Origin: Saccharolobus solfataricus
GTDB taxonomy: Archaea; Thermoproteota; Thermoprotei_A; Sulfolobales; Sulfolobaceae
NCBI RefSeq assembly: GCF_900079115.1
Contig: NZ_LT549890.1
Location: forward strand, 900,001 to 932,000
Direction of reading: 5' to 3'
Length of the DNA stretch: 32,000 nt
The notes below the pieces were generated by a model. That model was not told the DNA's origin. It made no database searches and saw nothing but the letters and a program-made list of their open reading frames with translations. This document shows, in pieces, positions 24,287 through 32,000 of the stretch. Every line of letters begins with the position of its first letter. The first letter of the stretch is position 1. The translations under genes and the position numbers were made by a program.

Positions 24287-24294
24287 TTTTTAAG
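24287..24294 (+). promoter_or_regulatory. TATA-like box for the GPN GTPase gene; a second TATA-like stretch for divergent prs lies at about 24294-24304
   Basis: tttttaag at 24287-24294 lies about 27 nt upstream of ATG 24319 (MYYVFILGTAGSGKTT, a more typical N-terminus than the GTG 24307 track start). On the minus strand TTTTAATCTTAAAAA lies about 25 nt upstream of prs ATG 24273. Confidence 0.4.
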
Positions 24295-24306
24295 ATTAAA
24301 AGCTGA

Positions 24307-25086
24307 GTGAAAAGAGATATGTACTATGTTTTTATACTTGGAACTGCGGGATCAGGAAAGACAACCTTGACAAAAAATTTACAAGATTATTTACTTGATC
24401 AAGAGATGGATACGGCAGTAATAAACTTGGATCCAGCGGTTGAACACTTACCTTATACCCCCGATTTTGATGTTAGAGATTATGTTGACGCATATGAGGT
24501 GATGCAAAACTATCATTTAGGGCCTAATTCTAGTTTAATAGCATCTATTGATTTAATTTTGACTAAGGCGTCTGAGATCAAATCGGAAATCGATCAAATT
24601 GAAGCTAATTATGTACTAGTTGATACACCTGGACAAATAGAGCTATTTGCGTATAGGGATACTGGTAGGCTAATTTCCCAGTTAATTAGAGGAAATAATA
24701 AGGCATTGGGACTATTTCTTCTAGACTCTTTTTTAGCTAAGGAAGCTAGAAGTTTTATATCCTTATTACTTCTTTCAAGTTCCATAAAATTTAGGTTGGA
24801 CTTACCGATTATCAATATACTTAATAAGATAGATCTTCTGACAGAAAAGGAGTTAGAGCAGATATTGGCGTGGGGAGATAATGCTGAGAATTTGATTGAC
24901 GAGTTGGGTAGGTTAGATGAGTATTCCCTTGAGCTAGTTAATTTATTAATAGAAAGCTTGTCTTATAACCTAATTCCCATGTCATCAGAAGAGGGCAAGG
25001 GATTTAACGAACTCTACGCTGAAATTCAAAGAGTAATAGCTGGTGGTGAGGATTATTTAACTGAAGAGTCTAATCCTAAGTTATAA
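24307..25086 (+). CDS. GPN-loop GTPase
   Basis: P-loop GTAGSGKTT, GPN motif (HLGPNSS), DTPGQIE, NKIDL. Confidence 0.85.
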   Translation: MKRDMYYVFILGTAGSGKTTLTKNLQDYLLDQEMDTAVINLDPAVEHLPYTPDFDVRDYVDAYEVMQNYHLGPNSSLIASIDLILTKASEIKSEIDQIEANYVLVDTPGQIELFAYRDTGRLISQLIRGNNKALGLFLLDSFLAKEARSFISLLLLSSSIKFRLDLPIINILNKIDLLTEKELEQILAWGDNAENLIDELGRLDEYSLELVNLLIESLSYNLIPMSSEEGKGFNELYAEIQRVIAGGEDYLTEESNPKL

Positions 25087-25087
25087 G

Positions 25088-25095
25088 CTTTATTA
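25088..25095 (+). promoter_or_regulatory. TATA-like box for the PCNA gene, consistent with a leaderless transcript
   Basis: ctttatta at 25088-25095. Its centre is about 27 nt upstream of ATG 25119. Confidence 0.4.
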
Positions 25096-25118
25096 GTCCT
25101 ATAGACTAAATTAAATAG

Positions 25119-25859
25119 ATGATGAAAGCTAAGGTAATTGACGCTGTCTCATTCTCTTATATATTAAGAACTGTGGGTGACTTCTTGAGTGAAGCCAACT
25201 TTATTGTTACTAAGGAGGGTATAAGAGTTAGCGGAATTGATCCTTCAAGAGTAGTTTTTCTAGATATATTTCTCCCATCGAGTTACTTTGAGGGATTTGA
25301 AGTTAGTCAAGAGAAGGAAATAATAGGGTTTAAGTTAGAGGATGTAAATGATATACTAAAACGTGTTTTAAAGGACGATACGTTAATACTATCCTCGAAC
25401 GAATCTAAATTAACACTTACTTTTGATGGAGAATTCACTAGATCTTTCGAGCTTCCATTAATTCAAGTTGAATCTACACAGCCGCCTTCAGTCAATTTAG
25501 AGTTTCCATTTAAGGCTCAACTACTCACTATAACTTTTGCGGATATAATTGACGAGTTATCTGATTTAGGTGAAGTTTTGAATATACACTCCAAGGAGAA
25601 TAAACTTTATTTTGAAGTTATTGGAGACCTCTCCACTGCAAAAGTAGAGTTGTCAACGGATAACGGTACGTTATTAGAAGCTTCTGGCGCAGATGTCAGT
25701 AGCAGTTATGGGATGGAATACGTTGCGAATACAACTAAAATGAGAAGAGCTTCCGATTCAATGGAATTGTATTTTGGTTCTCAAATTCCTTTGAAGCTTC
25801 GATTTAAATTACCGCAGGAAGGCTATGGGGACTTTTACATTGCACCAAGGGCAGACTAA
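25119..25859 (+). CDS. pcn: DNA polymerase sliding clamp (PCNA), one of the crenarchaeal heterotrimer paralogues
   Basis: 246 aa. Typical PCNA length and two-domain pattern. It lies directly upstream of, and overlaps, priS. Confidence 0.85.
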   Translation: MMKAKVIDAVSFSYILRTVGDFLSEANFIVTKEGIRVSGIDPSRVVFLDIFLPSSYFEGFEVSQEKEIIGFKLEDVNDILKRVLKDDTLILSSNESKLTLTFDGEFTRSFELPLIQVESTQPPSVNLEFPFKAQLLTITFADIIDELSDLGEVLNIHSKENKLYFEVIGDLSTAKVELSTDNGTLLEASGADVSSSYGMEYVANTTKMRRASDSMELYFGSQIPLKLRFKLPQEGYGDFYIAPRAD

Positions 25860-26817
25860 TCTAATAAAGAGTTTTTTTAGGAACTACTATTTAAATGCGG
25901 AATTGGAATTGCCAAAGGATATGGAATTAAGGGAGTTTGCTCTCCAACCATTTGGCTCAGACACCTACGTAAGGCATCTTTCCTTCTCTTCTAGCGAAGA
26001 ATTAAGGGACTACTTAGTTAACAGAAATTTACCACTTCATTTATTTTACTCTTCAGCTAGGTATCAGTTACCGAGCGCTAGAAATATGGAGGAGAAAGCT
26101 TGGATGGGGTCCGATTTGTTATTTGATATAGATGCTGATCACCTATGCAAATTAAGGTCAATTAGGTTTTGTCCAGTTTGTGGTAATGCCGTAGTTTCTG
26201 AGAAATGTGAGAGAGATAACGTAGAGACTTTAGAGTATGTTGAGATGACTAGCGAGTGTATAAAAAGGGGTTTAGAACAGACTAGAAACTTGGTTGAAAT
26301 TCTTGAGGATGACTTCGGATTAAAACCTAAGGTTTACTTTTCTGGAAATAGAGGTTTTCACGTACAAGTCGATTGTTATGGTAATTGTGCATTATTAGAT
26401 TCTGATGAAAGGAAAGAAATTGCCGAGTACGTCATGGGTATTGGTGTTCCAGGCTACCCTGGTGGTAGTGAAAATGCTCCGGGATGGGTTGGAAGGAAAA
26501 ATCGCGGTATAAATGGGGTTACTATTGATGAGCAAGTCACTATTGATGTTAAGAGGCTAATTAGGATTCCAAATTCTCTACATGGGAAATCTGGATTAAT
26601 TGTTAAGAGAGTACCTAATTTGGATGATTTTGAATTTAATGAGACTTTATCTCCATTTACGGGATATACGATATTTTTGCCGTATATTACTATAGAGACT
26701 GAGGTTTTAGGTAGTATCATTAAGTTAAATAGGGGTATACCAATTAAGATTAAATCTAGTATTGGGATTTATCTTCATTTGAGAAACTTGGGTGAGGTAA
26801 AGGCTTATGTTAGATGA
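25825..26817 (+). CDS. priS: DNA primase small (catalytic) subunit PriS
   Basis: Catalytic motifs LLFDIDADH and SGNRGFHV, a zinc knuckle CPVCG...C, and the [12 protein letters not shown] block. The N-terminus [18 protein letters not shown] matches my recollection of Sulfolobus PriS. Confidence 0.9.
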
Positions 26818-27262
26818 ATTGGTTAAAAAGGAATTATCAGAGGAAGAAATTACTGAAATTAAGCTAGAGGAAATAATCAAGTACATCACTCTCATTAAGA
26901 AATCTAAAACTTTTGTTAGTTCTGAAATCAGAAAGGAGGAATTGAAATTTCTTTCAGAGCTGGCTGAATCGTTATTTGAGCTAAGATTGTCAAAAGTTCT
27001 AGAGGGAAAGGTCGGCAAAGGGTTTGACGAATTTATCTTCGATATTTTTAAGATATTAAAACAATTTTACGTTGATTTATTAACTGGCAGATACATAATT
27101 TATAATGATAAAATCTATTGCATAGTACAGAAACCATTAATATATAATGATCACAGGGTTAATGAGGGAGATGTTTTGGTTTTACCTATGAGAGAAGCCT
27201 TGCCATTAATAATAGCAAGTTATTTAACTCCCTATAAGATAGATATTGAAGAACAATTATGA
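26807..27262 (+). CDS. gins15: Probable GINS subunit (Gins15/Gins51-type)
   Basis: 151 aa helical/acidic protein, translationally coupled to priS upstream and rpl44e downstream. Assigned mainly from the known PriS-GINS adjacency in Sulfolobales; I cannot verify a motif by eye. Confidence 0.5.
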   Translation: MLDELVKKELSEEEITEIKLEEIIKYITLIKKSKTFVSSEIRKEELKFLSELAESLFELRLSKVLEGKVGKGFDEFIFDIFKILKQFYVDLLTGRYIIYNDKIYCIVQKPLIYNDHRVNEGDVLVLPMREALPLIIASYLTPYKIDIEEQL

Positions 27263-27546
27263 AAGTCCCTAAGGTCATCAGCACATATTGTCCAAAGTGT
27301 AAGACTCATACAGATCACTCTGTATCACTATACAAGAGCGGTAAGAGAAGAAATCTCGCTGAAGGACAGAGAAGATATGAGAGAAAGAATATTGGATATG
27401 GAAGTAAAAGAAAACCAGAACAGAAGAGATTTGCAAAAGTTACAAAGAAGCAAACGTTAGTTTTGAAGTGTTCTAAGTGTGGTTACACTATAGTAAAAGA
27501 GGGAATTAGAGTAAAGAAGTTAGAATTAGTAGAGGTGGCTAAGTGA
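27259..27546 (+). CDS. rpl44e: Ribosomal protein L44e (eL42)
   Basis: [10 protein letters not shown] ... [18 protein letters not shown] ... CSKCG. 95 aa. Confidence 0.9.
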   Translation: MKVPKVISTYCPKCKTHTDHSVSLYKSGKRRNLAEGQRRYERKNIGYGSKRKPEQKRFAKVTKKQTLVLKCSKCGYTIVKEGIRVKKLELVEVAK

Positions 27547-27743
27547 TGAGAAAACTAAGGGTCCTAATTCCAGAGCCAAAGAGTAGATTCCTTAGAGTAA
27601 AGTGTCCAAATTGTGGTAATGAACAAACAATATTTAGTCATGCTACATTTCCAGTTAGATGTCTAAGTTGTGGGACTGAGTTAGTATACTCTATGGGCGG
27701 TAAAGCAAAAATAGTTGGAGAAGTAGTTAGAATAATGGGTTAA
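27543..27743 (+). CDS. rps27e: Ribosomal protein S27e (eS27)
   Basis: [29 protein letters not shown] zinc ribbon. 66 aa. Confidence 0.9.
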   Translation: MMRKLRVLIPEPKSRFLRVKCPNCGNEQTIFSHATFPVRCLSCGTELVYSMGGKAKIVGEVVRIMG

Positions 27744-27745
27744 AG

Positions 27746-28542
<797 letters not shown>

Positions 28543-28546
<4 letters not shown>

Positions 28547-28713
28547 AGTGGAAAATGAGGAAATGTCCTAAAGACAACATCTATACTTTTAAAGATACTT
28601 GCCAAATATGTGGCTCTAAAACTGTGATCCCTCATCCATCCAGATTTTCTCCGGAAGACAAATACGTAAAATATAGAATCGAATTAAAAAAAGGAATAAC
28701 GCTTAACTGTTAA
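28543..28713 (+). CDS. nop10: H/ACA RNP protein Nop10
   Basis: Below the track size cut-off. Hand translation: [60 protein letters not shown] overlap with the aIF2alpha stop. The [19 protein letters not shown] block is typical of Nop10. Confidence 0.8.
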
Positions 28714-30997
28714 CCATTACTGTAGGTTTTAATACTGTACCAGGCTGGGTAAACTGGTATACCATTACCATTATATAAACAGTGTAGTACAATCCTCCCG
28801 CACCTCCATTTCCTACTGGGAATAATGCTATATATGCAGGTTGGAAGTACATTAGTTGAACACGTGGTAATGGAGATCCCGTTATCGTATATCCAGAACT
28901 GGTAGGGACTATTTGCGTTGTAAATGGAGCAATAGGTTGTCCATATCCTATCTGATATAGACTCTCAATGAACATTTGGACTATAAGTGAGTTATAGGCC
29001 TTAGGAGTCCACGCAAATGGTTCAGCTTGTGAAACTTGTGAAGCTAAGGTCTGAGCAATAGTTGGATTAGTAGTGGCATAAGTATTAATTATTTGTGTTA
29101 TCGTATTATTTATTTCAGTTAGATTTACGTATTCATCTAAAGGATATCCAGCTATCGTTGTCATCGCCCCCATAGCTTTTCCAATATCTCCTAAACTTGT
29201 TGTGTATCCAAAGAATGCTCCAGGAAAACTAGGCGGATATCCAACATACCATTGAGCTTGGCTACCAGCATACACAAACGTGACAGCATCGTAGGCCACT
29301 ATATAAACTGGTATGGTATAGTTTGGACTACCGTAAGGATATAGATGGAAATCGTTTTCTAGTACATTAGCAGCGAAAGTTTCATTGTTCAAAAACATTT
29401 CAGCCATTAATCTAATTTGTGTCCCGTTAAGTGTATTATTTTCATCTATGACACTCCTATTTGTTAAAACTTCTAGCCAATATCCGTAATCCCACCAAGA
29501 TAATACAAATGCGTTTTGTGGAGAATGTGTTCTTATCCAATTTGCTGCAGATACCCAAGAATAATTAGTTGTCAGGAAGCTGGTAGCTGCATTGGTTATT
29601 GCTGGAGGTTCGTTGCTTGCTAGCGTTGCTAATCCAGCATCTGCTACTAAGGATATCCCTACTAGCGCTAAAATGAAACCTACCAATATTTTGTTACCAT
29701 TCCCATTTTTAACTCCCTTTAGTAGGTTATCTGAAATATAGTATACTCCTAAACCTCCTAATGTAGCTACCATATAGGCTGTATAGTTAAATAGATATGG
29801 TTGTTCTGATGTGCCAAATATACTCGCAACTCCTAACACTAATAGCCATAAACCCACTAGGTTTCCTCTTCTTATCAAGTAGTACATTCCTATGACTGAT
29901 AAGAATAGTGCTATTCCGAAATCTTGGATCATTGCGGTTATTGGTTGAGGAATATATTCTGCTACTGTCTTATCTATAGGTACTGTAACCTGATAAAACG
30001 GATTTATTATAGCGTAATACCTTGAGGGTATTGGGGCTGATGTAGGTCTTAGTATTGATAACCCAGACAATCCTAAAGTAAGTATAAAAATTAGTACCGC
30101 AATTACTATTAAATTTCTTGAATCTACGATTTCTTTAGGAAGTGTTCTGGATAGATATAAGTCTAGATAAAGAACTGCGGAGATCAAAAGTAAGGAAAAG
30201 CCATGTGCTAGTCCCGACATGAAACCTATATTATTTGGGGCCAAGGAAGTTAGAAACGAAGTTACAACTACCATTATTGTGTAAAGGTTTGCAGTAATCT
30301 CGTCATTTCTATTTAAGAGAATTAGTAAGAACGCTGCTACAAGCAAACTTAAGTCAATATAGGTGTAACCTCCCCAAGAAATCTCGGCTAAAAATAGCAC
30401 TATACCTGCCGGTATGCCATACCAGATGTTCTTCTTCTTTAAACCTTGATTTAGGAGGAAAATTGCAAATAGTATAAATACCGCACCCCACGATGTCTTA
30501 GGAAGTCCACCTAACAAGTTCTTATATGTTAATGCAGGAGAAACTGCTATTATTGCTGCAGCCATATAACCGGCTAATCTACTATTAGTAATTGATTCTA
30601 TCGAAAGATATGATGCTATAACGCCTAGTCCAGCTAATAAAATGTCAGAAAATATCGCTACCGTATATACTGCATTTGCTCCGTAAGTTCCATAAAAGGG
30701 TAAAGAGGCTAATGCAACCAAGAATGGCAAGCCTATAGTATTCCCGAGTTCAATAAAGTACCCCCACGGGAACCAGCCCAGTACGTCTGGAGGTACTGCA
30801 TACCAATTTCCATGAACTTGCGCTATCAGCAATGCGTTGTAGAAGAGATACCAAGGATCGAATTCGTTAACTGCTAAAGGCCAATTAGCGCTTAGGCTTC
30901 TAATTAATATTGACACTAATGAAAGACCCACTATTAGAGGTAAGTCTATGAATGACATTTTTCGTAAATCTCTTCTCAGTCCCTTAACTGATTGCAT
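28703..30997 (-). CDS. aglB: Oligosaccharyltransferase AglB (STT3 homologue)
   Basis: 764 aa. Multi-TM N-terminal half and the diagnostic WWDYGYW motif ([10 protein letters not shown]). Confidence 0.9.
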
Positions 30998-31235
30998 GGC
31001 TATAGTGTATTAGGTATTATACATTTATTAAACTTATTCCAAGTATTGCCTGGTTGATCCATTGAATATTTTCCATAAACTACTATTATCTTCATTTTAA
31101 TTAGTATTTGTATGTCAATTTAGATTTGTAACATCCTTCAAATGCAGCAAAAATTCATAACTCCATAAAAGCATCTAAGCATACTTACAGTTTTAGTTCA
31201 CAGAGGATCATTTTTAATTAAAGCTCTTAATTGAC

Positions 31236-32000
31236 ATGATAAAGAACAGCGCTTTCATTGCTTTAGGAATTATACTCATTGACATTCTTGTTATCTACTT
31301 CTTTCTCTATATGCCGTTTTCATTATCAACATTCTACCCCTCCTTCTTGCTTGGGCCAATCTACAATTTTAACCCTATAGAATACGCCAAAAGTTTCCCA
31401 GTAAGTATTAACTACTCTTCATTAACTTCCAATGATTCAAGGGCACTCTTCATTTACAATACATCTGGAAAGCCAATTTTACAGCAGATTATCGGTATTT
31501 TAAAACTTAATGCAAGTCGAGTAAGTCCAGAAGCTTATTGGAGTGTTGCGGATTTAGCGGGTTTCTTTTCCAATTATACTGTAACTAAAAATTATTCTGT
31601 ATACTTTCTAAATCCCTACTATTACGATAATATAGCAGAACAACCTAATGTCACAGAAATATATTTAAATATTTCAGATATTTATGCTTCTCCCTTTTAT
31701 ACCTCCTATCCTCCAAGTGATAAGATAAACGCAACCTTCTCCTTTATTATTACGAACTCATTTTCGATCCAGAGTTACGCTAGTTGGAACTTCACTGATA
31801 TTGAATGGCATTTTGGAGGAAATATATCCCAGAACGAATCCTACTATTACTATACTGCTACATTGAATTTGAATAAATATATGGTTGTCAACAATTCACA
31901 CTACTATTATGAAGGGTCTTTGAGTTTTCGAATAGCAGTTAAACCTTGGGGTGTATCCCCAAGTACTATTTCAACTTACGTAGTTTATAATCAAAGCTTA
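31236..32000 (+). CDS. Membrane-anchored extracellular glycoprotein, hypothetical; the gene runs off the window end
   Basis: Not in the track because it is truncated. Hand translation from ATG 31236 is open for 255 codons to base 32000: MIKNSAFIALGIILIDILVIYFFLYMPF...NYSSLTSNDS...NISQNESYYYYTATLNLNKYMVVNNSHYYYEGSL. N-terminal TM helix, Tyr/Asn-rich, many sequons. Confidence 0.45.
   Translation, partial: MIKNSAFIALGIILIDILVIYFFLYMPFSLSTFYPSFLLGPIYNFNPIEYAKSFPVSINYSSLTSNDSRALFIYNTSGKPILQQIIGILKLNASRVSPEAYWSVADLAGFFSNYTVTKNYSVYFLNPYYYDNIAEQPNVTEIYLNISDIYASPFYTSYPPSDKINATFSFIITNSFSIQSYASWNFTDIEWHFGGNISQNESYYYYTATLNLNKYMVVNNSHYYYEGSLSFRIAVKPWGVSPSTISTYVVYNQSL

Overview
This is an AT-rich crenarchaeal chromosome segment. 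Gene content and several recognisable protein sequences (PriS, PCNA, AglB with WWDYGYW, UPF0200/UPF0201, class-I CCA enzyme) point to a Sulfolobus/Saccharolobus-type organism. The window has four parts. (1) 1-5160, minus strand: a six-gene complex-I / group-4-hydrogenase-like membrane module. Its 'large subunit' lacks the NiFe-ligating cysteines, and a GC-rich structured leader precedes it. (2) 5.9-14.1 kb, plus strand: a TatD hydrolase, a Cys-type formate dehydrogenase alpha subunit, an SDR, a molybdate/tungstate binding protein plus permease with no ATPase gene, and a large Kelch + FN3 surface protein. (3) 14.06-17.77 kb: a decayed SSV-type integrated element at an intron-containing tRNA-Pro(GGG). 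It is bounded by a copy of the tRNA 3' exon and keeps an integrase N-terminal fragment. Its cargo is a four-gene operon encoding two small beta-rich proteins and an FtsX/MacB-type ABC transporter. I consider this the best candidate for an undescribed system. (4) 18-31 kb: housekeeping genes. These are an RNA/tRNA maturation neighbourhood (LigT/ThpR, CCA enzyme, atypical kinase, RNase Z, THUMP methyltransferase), Prs, a GPN GTPase, the PCNA-PriS-GINS / L44e-S27e-aIF2alpha-Nop10 cluster, AglB, and a truncated glycoprotein gene at the window end. I saw no CRISPR array, rRNA gene or intact IS element. All calls come from reading the sequence and ORF track by eye; no searches were run.
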